Positions 7,331 through 15,970 of a stretch of 16,656 nucleotides of DNA are shown piece by piece; the stretch's first letter is position 1; every line of letters starts with the position of its first letter. A program made the position numbers and the translations under genes. The notes under the pieces were generated by a model. The model was not told the origin of the DNA and ran no database searches. It saw nothing but the letters and a program-made list of their open reading frames with translations. The stretch is taken from assembly GCF_003838225.1 (NCBI RefSeq), contig NZ_RCBZ01000114.1; one strand, written 5' to 3'. The DNA is from Okeania hirsuta. Lineage in GTDB: Bacteria > Cyanobacteriota > Cyanobacteriia > Cyanobacteriales > Microcoleaceae.

Positions 7331-9709
7331 CTATCGTCGCCAAATTTTAATAGTTCTGTCTTTACTACCACTAGCAATACTATTACCATCAGGACTAAAA
7401 GTAACTGTATAAATCTCATCTTTATGCCCGGTCAAAGTACTAACTAATTCTCCTGTTTCTAAATCCCATATCTTAATATTATTATCCTTACTGCCACTAG
7501 CAATATATCGACCATCTTCGCTAATATCAACAGATACAACTTCAGCAGTATGACCAAGAATAGTTTTGATTAATTCTCCTGTTTTTAAGCTCCAAATTTT
7601 AATAGTATTATCGTAACTCCCACTCACTATTTTTTCCCCATCTGGACTAATATCAACAGACCTAATTACTCCTTCATGTCCAGTCAATGTATTAATTAAT
7701 TCTCCAGTATATAAATCTTCAATTTTTATAGTTTGATCTGCACTACCACTAACCAATATTCTGCCGTCAGGACTAATAGCAATAGAATAAACTACATCTG
7801 AGTGATCGGGGAAATTAAAAATTAAGAAACCTGTTTCTAAATCCCAAACTTTAACTGTTTTATCTCCACTAGCACTAGCAATTGTTTGATTATCAGAACT
7901 CATAGCAACTGACCAAACAGGTGCCCAATGTTCAAATACTCGAAATAATTCTCCTGTTTCCAAATTCCAGATCATTACTCTCCAATCATAAGTACCTACC
8001 ACTAATTTAGTACCATTATTATTCAAAGCAACTGACCAAATTGGAGAATCATCTGCAGCTAATGTGTTGATAATTTTTCCTGTAGGAACTTCTAAAATTT
8101 TTACTGTTGTATCTCTACTTCCAGTAACTAAATTTTCGCCATTATCACTAAATGCAAGAGCGCCTATAGAAGCATTAAACCTAGACAAATCTTCAACTTG
8201 ATAATTCTGCCAATTTAGACCTTGTTGACAATTTTGTAAAAGAGATTGAGCTTCAGCAAAAATGCTAGATTTTTCACTAATTAAAGTTCCTTGATTGATA
8301 CATTCTTCATAGTTGCGCTCTATGTATAAGTTTTTTACAAAATTAAATTTTGCCGATTCTTGTTCTTGCTGTTGTAATACTTGTTGTTGACGTAATTGTA
8401 AATAATTTTGGAATTTAAGATATCTATATATAGCAAAGATTATTACAATTAAGGTAGCGATAAATCCTAAAATCAACTGCCAGTTAAAAGATGATTGTTT
8501 GTTATTATTGCTAAATATTTTTTTAAATTTAGTAAGTAGAGATTTTGGTAAAACTCTGTTTTCTATTAATTCTATATCTTCTTGAGTTAGTCCTAAAATT
8601 TGCTGTAGACGCTCTAACTCCTGGCGAGTTTCTTGACTAAAAGGATATTCTTCCTGAATCGCAGCTTTTAATGTTTCTTCATATCTTTCTCCTTTCATCC
8701 GATATTTACGGTAAGGATTTAATACTTCATCCTCAATTATTTCCGTTTCTTCCCGGGAGAGTTCTAAACTTTCTCTAAGTTCATCTAAAATTCTTCTCCC
8801 GACAATAGAAATATCTCCTCTATCGCTAGCTCGACGAATAACCTCTTCCCGATAAATTTCTTTATTATCTGTAGCGAAACTTGGAAACTCATTAATTTTT
8901 TTTAAATCTGCTATAACTTCTGCTGCTGACTGGTAACGTTCGTGAAAGTTATAGCGCACCATTTTATCTAAAATATCTGCTAGAGAAGTAGAACAATTTG
9001 TTAGGTATCGCCAAAAAATCTCTTTTTTTTCACCATTTTCATTATCCTTTAGTTTCGATAATTCGCTGCTAGGCAATCCCGTAATTGCCTGAATGCCAAT
9101 CATTCCTAAAGCATAAATATCACTATTTAATTGGGGATTATATTCAAATTGTTCAATTGGCATATATTCCATTGTGCCAATCCTAGCTGTAGGATTTTGC
9201 TGACCAATATTAATTTCTTTAACAGCTCCAAAATCAATTAATACTAATTGATTATCCGATTTTCTTCTAATTAAATTAGCAGGCTTAATATCTCGATGAA
9301 TAACACTATTTTCATGCACAAATACTAAAATTTCTAATACTTCATTGATAATTAAAATTACTTGTTTTTCAGATAGGGGTTTACCAGGTAATATTTCATT
9401 GTCTAAAGATTGACCAGGAATAAAAGATTGAACTAGAAAAAACTCTCGATCTTCTTCAAAATATGCAAGTAGTTTAGGAATTCGATCATGTTGAGAAAGC
9501 TTTTCTAGCATCTGTGCTTCTTTTTGAAATCGATCGCGAACGATATTAATTAATCTTCGATCATAAATACTTGGTTGTAGATGCTTAATAAAACATTGTG
9601 CTTCTCCAGGACGACGAATGTCTAAGGCCAGATAAGCATGGCCAATTTCCCCTGATTCAATAATTTTAATAATTTGATAGCGTCCATCTAAAATATTACC
9701 AATCATCAT
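7331..9709 (-). CDS. Serine/threonine protein kinase with a central helical/coiled region, one TM helix and a C-terminal seven-blade WD40 domain
   Basis: 792 aa. Kinase motifs are HRDIKPANL, IDFGAVKE and GTMEYMPIEQ. The TM segment is LILGFIATLIVIIFAIYRYL. Seven WD40 repeats follow (…GHxxxVxSVxISPDG…SGSxDxTIKIW). ATG-ATG start at 9709. Confidence 0.9.
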   Translation of the reverse strand: MMIGNILDGRYQIIKIIESGEIGHAYLALDIRRPGEAQCFIKHLQPSIYDRRLINIVRDRFQKEAQMLEKLSQHDRIPKLLAYFEEDREFFLVQSFIPGQSLDNEILPGKPLSEKQVILIINEVLEILVFVHENSVIHRDIKPANLIRRKSDNQLVLIDFGAVKEINIGQQNPTARIGTMEYMPIEQFEYNPQLNSDIYALGMIGIQAITGLPSSELSKLKDNENGEKKEIFWRYLTNCSTSLADILDKMVRYNFHERYQSAAEVIADLKKINEFPSFATDNKEIYREEVIRRASDRGDISIVGRRILDELRESLELSREETEIIEDEVLNPYRKYRMKGERYEETLKAAIQEEYPFSQETRQELERLQQILGLTQEDIELIENRVLPKSLLTKFKKIFSNNNKQSSFNWQLILGFIATLIVIIFAIYRYLKFQNYLQLRQQQVLQQQEQESAKFNFVKNLYIERNYEECINQGTLISEKSSIFAEAQSLLQNCQQGLNWQNYQVEDLSRFNASIGALAFSDNGENLVTGSRDTTVKILEVPTGKIINTLAADDSPIWSVALNNNGTKLVVGTYDWRVMIWNLETGELFRVFEHWAPVWSVAMSSDNQTIASASGDKTVKVWDLETGFLIFNFPDHSDVVYSIAISPDGRILVSGSADQTIKIEDLYTGELINTLTGHEGVIRSVDISPDGEKIVSGSYDNTIKIWSLKTGELIKTILGHTAEVVSVDISEDGRYIASGSKDNNIKIWDLETGELVSTLTGHKDEIYTVTFSPDGNSIASGSKDRTIKIWRR

Positions 9710-10021
9710 TATTGTGGTAGAGCCTTTTTTAGTTGATTATGGCATGAAACAATTTACTCATTTTGACATCTACAATTATAAAAAAAATAGTTTTAATTAA
9801 GAATATTTTCCTGATTCCAAAACTGAAAATTAGAAGTTTAATTGTAACCCTTAATCATTAATTGATAGAGATATGTTACTCCAGAACACAAATTAATTCT
9901 GATAAAAAGTGTAATATAGAAACCAAAATAATAATTTTGGCCACTCAAAACAAAAGCACAATTTTAACAGTGCTATCATAGACAGAAGCAAAGCTAAAAT
10001 CAGGTATAGGGAGTTAAGTGG

Positions 10022-10471
10022 ATGAGCCATGAAATAATAGCAATTAGGAGACCTGTTAGACCAAAACAGCCTATTGAGCCAAATTCTCCAAAGGAGGCGC
10101 TTCACGAACAAATTGAGTCAAAAGTAGAAAAACCAAATTCAATAAAAAATAGCCCCTCATCAAGAACAGAAGGTACGAATGAAAGGCAATTAGGAAAACC
10201 AATAAGTAAATCAGAAAGACCCAAAAAACCAGGAAAACCAAAGCTAAAAGAATCTATCCAACAAGTCACCAATGCTAACGGAAAAGTTTTTAGTTCGGGG
10301 GATAAGATTTTAGTATCAGCACCCTGGAGTAGTATTGTAGAAGCTGAAATTACGGGTTTTTATAAAAGTCCTGGAGGTTCAATCTGGGCAATTTTTCTTC
10401 CCCAAGAATCTCTACCTAAGTGGAAGTGGGAAAAAGGTTGCATCCGAGCTGAATTATTAAAACAAGCATAA
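10022..10471 (+). CDS. Hypothetical protein: Lys/Pro-rich low-complexity N-terminal half and a small Trp-containing C-terminal domain
   Basis: 149 aa ORF with ATG at 10022 and AGGGAG 13 nt upstream. No recognisable family. The antisense 72 aa ORF is hydrophobic junk. Confidence 0.45.
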   Translation: MSHEIIAIRRPVRPKQPIEPNSPKEALHEQIESKVEKPNSIKNSPSSRTEGTNERQLGKPISKSERPKKPGKPKLKESIQQVTNANGKVFSSGDKILVSAPWSSIVEAEITGFYKSPGGSIWAIFLPQESLPKWKWEKGCIRAELLKQA

Positions 10472-10600
10472 TTAAGGCAAAAAAAATCTTAAATTCAGGA
10501 TAATTTAGCATCTAAAAAAAATCCTAAAAAATATAACAGGATGATTTGGGTTGTGTAGAAAATATCCTGAATCAAATTAAGAGGAAACAGGGAAAAAATA
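10470..10600. promoter_or_regulatory. Repeated motif TATCCTGAAT: one inverted copy (aaattcaggataattt, ~10485) and two direct copies (~10563 and ~10601), plus an ATCCT..N14..AGGAT dyad at ~10519-10543
   Basis: Directly visible repeats in an intergenic A-rich region just 3' of the hypothetical gene. Confidence 0.3.
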
Positions 10601-10916
10601 TCCTGAATAAAGGGAGGGGGGAGAGGATATATTTTAAACTTTTCTCCTGTTCCATAAATATTTAATCAAACTTGATATAACTGATACTAAATCTGATTTA
10701 GATAGGTTACTTGTTAAGGTAGTAAATATTTATCCAAATGGTTAAATTCAAACAAATCAATTTCTTAAAGTGCTGAAAGTGTTAGTTTTTCAGGAGTTAA
10801 TTCTTGAGCAAATTGGAAAACAAAATTTTCTTGCTGTTTAGTTTCTATTGTGTATTGAAGAGTTTCTCTGACCTTAGCGATCGCCTCACTATCAGTTCCG
10901 GTGCTCCCTACTCCCT

Positions 10917-11062
10917 CTCTTGGTGAGCGTTCCTTGCCTTGGTCGATTGGATATGGCGTTAGCGCAACGGATCTGCCAGAGCGGGTTTCCTCGCCATTTC
11001 ACCCTACGGGAAGCTCCAAAGATCGACCGCTTGCGTCTGTCGCACCCCGCGGGGTCGCACCG
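10917..11062. other. GC-rich, palindrome-dense ~145 bp segment bracketed by direct copies of the STRR-like unit (C)TGCTCCCTACTCCCT. Candidate structured RNA or mobile-element remnant.
   Basis: It stands out against the AT-rich background. Long-range complementarity exists between GGTCGATTGG (10941-10950) and CCAAAGATCGACC (11017-11029). A perfect 12-nt palindrome ACCCCGCGGGGT lies at 11044-11055. GCGTTAGCGCAAC has near-palindromic relatives at 11213-11232 and 11292-11304. The flanking direct repeats are 10899-10917 and 11056-11080. Confidence 0.3.
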
Positions 11063-11430
11063 CTGCTCCCTACTCCCTAAATTTTTGATTGTGGTTATTC
11101 AAACAGACATGATATAATAGTAAAAATCCTTAAAAAAAATTTAGAGACGCGATCGCCCACATCTCTAAAATTACTATTCGACTATTTCAGCCAGAATTGA
11201 TATCCTCTCGACGTTGCGCTTAGGCGACAACGTGGGATTCCTAACCATCACTGATTAGGTTTTTCTGTTCCCTCTTGCCTCCTCCGGAGGAGCTGCGCTA
11301 ACAGAGGATCTGCCTCCGAGGTCTTTCCCTCTTTTTGGTCTTAAGGTCGCTCCACAGTACGTCACCAATCCGATGGCTCCCCTAGACACTGCTAGCCCAG
11401 CAGCCTCAATTTAAGTATTATAGCACATGG

Positions 11431-11462
11431 TTTGAAAAAAAAACCAATCAATATTGGTTTTC
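11431..11462 (-). terminator. Possible weak, bidirectional intrinsic terminator 3' of the helicase gene
   Basis: A9 run, then the hairpin AACCAAT-caat-ATTGGTT, then a T4 run. On the minus strand the hairpin is followed by a U9 run. The stem is AT-rich with only 2 GC pairs. Confidence 0.35.
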
Positions 11463-11523
11463 CCATAGGATTATCCCGCACTCTCCTGAGGGCGGGTCTT
11501 CAACCAACGTTGAAATAAGTAAC

Positions 11524-13008
11524 TTAATTATTGCGTGACACAGAAGCCTCTTCTACAAAATTGTCACCATCTCTCCTCTGATTTTTAGGAGAAGGTTTTT
11601 GATGACGAATCTTCGGTGAGCGTGGCTTTGGCTTTGGCTTCGGAGTTTCATAGACAGGGATTTCTTCCTCCTGAGCATAATCAGGCCCCATCCAAGCAGG
11701 ACGAGTTTCATCATAAGCTATCTGTAAAGCTGCTGCAGCGATCGCATGGGGGTCATACTCTTCACCCAACTGAGCAATCAATGGTAAGAAAGAAGCCATT
11801 CGTTCCCCACTCAGAGCATCTCGTACCTTATTCTGTAACTTCTGCAACTGTCGGGCTTCAATTTGAGACCGCTTAGGAATCGAGCGAGTATCCAAACGTT
11901 GACGTAGATGACGTTCTATCAACCGTAACTTCCGCTTATCTAAAGGATTAATTAACGAAATCGCTGTACCTTCACGACCTGCACGACCTGTACGACCAAT
12001 ACGGTGAACATAATTTTCCACACTATCAGGTAAATCGTAGTTAATCACATGAGTTAAGTGGTCCACATCTAAACCACGAGCTGCAATATCAGTTGCCACT
12101 ACCCAACGTACTTGTTGATTACGAAAGCGACTTAGCAACCGTTCTCGTTGGGATTGATTCAAGTTACCATGATATTCATCAACACTATGACCTGCTGACT
12201 GTAATTGGTTTGTTAGTTCAGCCGCTGCTTGCCTTGTCCGCACAAATATCAAAGCTGCTTCTGGGTCTTCGAGTTCTAGAACTGGCTGTAAGGCTTTAGC
12301 TTTCGGCCAACCACGAGGCACCATGTAAGCAATCTGAGAAATTCGCTTCGGAGTTGTCTTTTGTTGAGCAACTTTGACTGTTACTGGCGATCGCAAATAT
12401 TTATTCACCAGTTTCTTGATTGAGTAGTCCATGGTAGCAGAGAAGAAAGCTGTTTGATGTTCAGTGGGTGCTGCATCCAAAATTCTTTCTACATCCTGAA
12501 TAAAACCCATACTCAACATTTCGTCAGCTTCGTCTAAAACCATCATTTTCAAACTATCTAGTTTTAAACTATTGCGACTCAGCATATCCAGAATCCGTCC
12601 TGGCGTTCCAACTACGATATGAACACCTCTTTGAAGGCGCTGAATCTGACGTTCAATAGATTGACCGCCATAAACAGTTAAGACCTGTAATCGATGTTTC
12701 GTTGGACTCTTGTTATCCAAACCAGCAATTTGACGAATCGCTTCTGTAACTTGCAGCGCTAACTCACGAGTGGGAGTCAAAATCAAAGCTTGAACTGCCT
12801 TTGTCTCCAGCTCAATTCTCTCCAATATGGGTAACGAAAACGCTGCGGTTTTACCTGTTCCTGTTTGGGCTTGACCTACAATATCGGTTCCTGCCAGCAA
12901 ATGAGGTATTGCTTGGACTTGAATCGGAGTAGGTTCAGTAAAACCAATTGTTTCCAGATGATTTACACGCTCTTGTGAAATTCCTAAATTTGCAAACGAT
13001 AAATCCAT
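11524..13008 (-). CDS. DEAD-box ATP-dependent RNA helicase (CrhR/CrhC-like) with a basic Pro/Lys-rich C-terminal tail
   Basis: 494 aa. Q-motif (FTEPTPIQ), motif I AQTGTGKT, Ia PTRELA, II VLDEADEML, III SAT (FSATM) and VI HRIGRTGRAG. A strong RBS (TAGGAG) precedes the ATG at 13008. Confidence 0.9.
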   Translation of the reverse strand: MDLSFANLGISQERVNHLETIGFTEPTPIQVQAIPHLLAGTDIVGQAQTGTGKTAAFSLPILERIELETKAVQALILTPTRELALQVTEAIRQIAGLDNKSPTKHRLQVLTVYGGQSIERQIQRLQRGVHIVVGTPGRILDMLSRNSLKLDSLKMMVLDEADEMLSMGFIQDVERILDAAPTEHQTAFFSATMDYSIKKLVNKYLRSPVTVKVAQQKTTPKRISQIAYMVPRGWPKAKALQPVLELEDPEAALIFVRTRQAAAELTNQLQSAGHSVDEYHGNLNQSQRERLLSRFRNQQVRWVVATDIAARGLDVDHLTHVINYDLPDSVENYVHRIGRTGRAGREGTAISLINPLDKRKLRLIERHLRQRLDTRSIPKRSQIEARQLQKLQNKVRDALSGERMASFLPLIAQLGEEYDPHAIAAAALQIAYDETRPAWMGPDYAQEEEIPVYETPKPKPKPRSPKIRHQKPSPKNQRRDGDNFVEEASVSRNN

Positions 13009-13500
13009 TCATTCTCCTAAGTAAATTATTTTACATCTGGTTTTGTTACCCAACTTGGAGGCAGATTTATGCTCAACTATAGCTGCTTATCAGCCCTTGC
13101 TCACGATAAACCTGTAGTTATTTGGTAGGGCAGTATGCCTTTGCCAATCACAGTTTCTACTAAATCTACTAAACTGATAGCTAACATTTTAGTAGTGTCT
13201 GTATGTTCTCAACGGCTAGGTTTTAACCTGAAGATCGACGACAGAATTAAAGGCAAAATGCCTGTTCCTTTTCTCTCTAGTTGGGTATAGTGAAGTACCT
13301 GCTCTATAAAACTGATACAAAGCGTCACATAAAGTGACAAATTGACGTTTACTTCTTGCTTCAACTGAGGCCGTCGGCGGTTACTCATCCACAAGCATTT
13401 ACGGTCGAGCCGACCGCATATCTCAAATTTATACTGGCGTTTAAATCTCCTCAAAAGGAGAATCAGCGCAGCCACCCTGCTTCTCAAGGCGGATAAATTC
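13009..13500 (-). promoter_or_regulatory. Putative long 5' leader/promoter region of the DEAD-box helicase gene, with several stable hairpins
   Basis: Local GC-rich hairpins on the minus strand include GTCACTTTATGTGAC (~13320-13334), GGTCGGCTCGACC (~13404-13416) and CTCCTTTTGAGGAG (~13449-13462). The only ORF here (92 aa) is Arg-rich and implausible. Confidence 0.3.
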
Positions 13501-14334
13501 TGATTTTTTTTGTAGAGGCTTTCCGATTTTACAGGCAGACAAACATGAACATTATTAAGTTATGTAGTTTGTCTGATTACCTGAACTACCGCTAGTAGAT
13601 ATAATAGAAAATTTATATTGTTTCTACGACCTTTTAAGTAAGTCAGGTAGGTTATCAACCACTACAATATAAAGATATAGAAATTACTACTGTCTCACAC
13701 ATATCAATCTCAGGAATTTTAAGCCCCTGCGATTAAGTTTCCTTTCGTCTCACTCCTAAACCTACGGCCATAGAGAGGAATTTCCTAGAGGGTCTGTTGA
13801 GAAAGGTTAGAGCCAATATTTGGCTATCGTTAAGCTGTTGTATATATCAAGTTTCCGTTGGACAAAGGAAGAAAAAATGACCTTAATTTTGAGGTTTTCC
13901 ATGTCCCAGCGTATCTACCTACATTACCGTAGGTATTTTATGATACTTAACAGCTCCCTTTGGGTAGCTCGTCTTTATCTTCATAATGATTAACATAATA
14001 ACAAATGACTTAACATTTGCCACATTTATTACATATTTTCCTGGAATTAACTTAATTTTTTAGATTTTGTACATTGATGTAGAGGTTTTGGGACATTACA
14101 CACTTTTTACAGAAGTTACTTAAAAGTGATACAGGCGTTACATGTAAAGTCTGTAAAGCAATCAAAGTTAAGAAGAATTTCTGATGTATATATTGTAATG
14201 TGTTAAGATTTTAAGTTGCGCAAGAAGCCCAGTATAGTTTATATCTTCATAAGTATCATTTAGTTGCAAGACTTTATGTGTCTAATGATGCTTTGGCAAT
14301 CCCTAAAAATGTACCCTACACTTCAACTGAATGA

Positions 14335-15666
14335 CTAATTGCTTGATTTACTCAAATCTACATAACCATACAAATCGTAAACATCTGCATCTGTAATCAT
14401 CACTGGCACAATTGAACCCAAACGAGCTTTACCTTGGAGATAAACAAGTCCATCCACTTCTGGAGAAAACCGTGGTGACCTACCAATCAACTCTCCTGTC
14501 TGAGGATTTTCCTGTTCAATCAGTACATCAACTACTTGTCCCACTGATTTTTGATTCTGTTTTCCAGATATGGGCTGCTGGACTTGCATAATTTTTTCTC
14601 TACGGGTGTCCATCACTGCTTTGGGCAACTGATTAGGCAAACTATAGGCGGGGGTTCCTTCTTCTGGAGAGAAAGTAAATACCCCAACATGATCGAACTC
14701 GTGACGCTTGACAAATTTCACTAAATGTGCATGATGATCTTCCGTTTCACCAGGGAAGCCCACTATAAAGGTTGTCCGCAACACGGCATTGGGCATAGCT
14801 GCTTTTATTTTTTCGATTATATCATCATTAACCCGACCTTGCCAAGGTCTATTCATGGCCCGCAATATTTGGGGATGAGAATGTTGTAAAGGCAAGTCTA
14901 GATAGGGTAAAATATTGGGAGTTTCTTGAATAGCAGCTATTACTTTGGGAGTCAAACCTGTAGGATAGGCATAGTGCATTCTAATCCAGGGTATATCAAC
15001 TTTTCCTAGGGCGCGGAGAAGTTCGGCGAGTTTGGGTTCGCCATAAATATCGATTCCATAGTTAGTGGTTATTTGGGAGATGAGGATGATTTCTTTTACC
15101 CCTTGGTCTGCTAGTTGTTGAGCTTCAGTGACAATAGATTCTATGGTGCGCGATCGCTGATTTCCTCGTAGATGAGGAATAATACAAAAAGCACAACGAT
15201 AATCACAACCTTCAGCTATTCGCACATAAGCAACTCCTTCGGATGTGGTGCGGTAACGTGGGGTTGTTTCATCGGCAATATAGGTGGGTTGAGGGGAGAC
15301 TTCTGTGACGCGATCGCCTTTTTCTACCCGTTGCATCACATCAACTATTTTATGATAATCACCAGTCCCCACAAGTGCTACTGCTTCTGGTAACTCTGCA
15401 AGTAATTCTTCTTGGAAGTGTTGCGCCATACAACCTGCGATGACTATTTTTTTGTTAGCTTCTGCTAATTCTACCAAAGTACGAACAGATTCTTCTCTGG
15501 CAGTTTGAATAAAACTACAGGTGTTAACGACTACATAATCTGCTAATTCTTCGTTAGCATCTACTTGATAACCCGCTTGTGCTAGTAAACCTATGATATG
15601 TTCGGTATCGATACGATTTTTTTCGCACCCTAAGTGAGAGAATGAAATGGTAGGTTTTGTAGACAT
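14335..15666 (-). CDS. rimO: Ribosomal protein S12 methylthiotransferase RimO (radical-SAM MTTase with TRAM domain)
   Basis: 443 aa. The N-terminal MTTase domain (FSHLGCEKN…NTCSF) is followed by the radical-SAM CDYRCAFC motif and a C-terminal TRAM domain. ATG at 15666. Confidence 0.9.
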   Translation of the reverse strand: MSTKPTISFSHLGCEKNRIDTEHIIGLLAQAGYQVDANEELADYVVVNTCSFIQTAREESVRTLVELAEANKKIVIAGCMAQHFQEELLAELPEAVALVGTGDYHKIVDVMQRVEKGDRVTEVSPQPTYIADETTPRYRTTSEGVAYVRIAEGCDYRCAFCIIPHLRGNQRSRTIESIVTEAQQLADQGVKEIILISQITTNYGIDIYGEPKLAELLRALGKVDIPWIRMHYAYPTGLTPKVIAAIQETPNILPYLDLPLQHSHPQILRAMNRPWQGRVNDDIIEKIKAAMPNAVLRTTFIVGFPGETEDHHAHLVKFVKRHEFDHVGVFTFSPEEGTPAYSLPNQLPKAVMDTRREKIMQVQQPISGKQNQKSVGQVVDVLIEQENPQTGELIGRSPRFSPEVDGLVYLQGKARLGSIVPVMITDADVYDLYGYVDLSKSSN

Positions 15667-15742
15667 TTAGAGTTCTGAGTTATTAATTTTGATCGGGAAT
15701 AGTCTTTATAATATAGCATATTACCTATGGCCAAATAAGGTA

Positions 15743-15852
15743 TGGCAGTCGAAGGAAAGGGTGCGAACAGATCGAGAGCTTAAAACTCAGACAACACAAT
15801 ATTTTTTCTTTTTCCTTCTTCCTTCTTTACTTCTTCCTTCTTCTTTCTGCTA
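15743..15852. mobile_element. MITE-like element, copy B (~106 bp). Left end TG|GCAGTCGAAGGAAAGG, right end CTTCTTTCTGC|TA.
   Basis: It shares ~16-bp identical blocks with copy A (1670-1756) and has a longer CT-rich tract. It lies between the rimO start and the ompA-like gene end. Confidence 0.5.
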
Positions 15853-15970
15853 TAAAGCAAGTCAAAGGTCTTAAACAGACAAAAACTGGCATTAAATCCT
15901 AGAATTTGGCATCTGCCAGTCGAAAAATAAGAGTTAAAAATTAATATTGATTTTGTGAAGAAGTTCAAAG

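Noticed and set aside
7270-7331. Idea that the WD40 kinase and the MVP-like gene form a vault-like operon (TEP1 analogy)
   Set aside because: WD40 Ser/Thr kinases are extremely common in Nostocales and the MVP-like gene is a pseudogene. There is no vPARP/TEP1 NACHT domain and no vault-RNA-like sequence nearby. It is kept only as a low-weight remark in the findings.
9893-10111. 72 aa minus-strand ORF overlapping the start of the hypothetical gene
   Set aside because: Very hydrophobic, Trp/Phe/Leu-rich junk typical of antisense reading of an A-rich region. The plus-strand ORF has an RBS and a more protein-like composition.
10920-11117. 65 aa plus-strand ORF
   Set aside because: It lies within the GC-rich, palindrome-rich segment, where open frames arise by composition. 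It has no RBS and runs across an STRR repeat.
11616-12299. 86 aa and 68 aa plus-strand ORFs
   Set aside because: Both lie inside the DEAD-box helicase gene on the opposite strand. They are antisense artefacts.
13209-13487. 92 aa Arg-rich minus-strand ORF upstream of the helicase
   Set aside because: Composition (RRFKRQYK…NRRRP) is implausible for a protein. The region is better explained as a structured 5' leader.
15172-15393. 73 aa plus-strand ORF
   Set aside because: Antisense within rimO.
15689-15968. 61 aa (+) and 62 aa (-) ORFs between rimO and the ompA-like gene
   Set aside because: They overlap the MITE-like copy B and its CT-rich tract. The translations are low-complexity (KKKEEVKKEEGKRK / FFFFLLPSLLLPSS).
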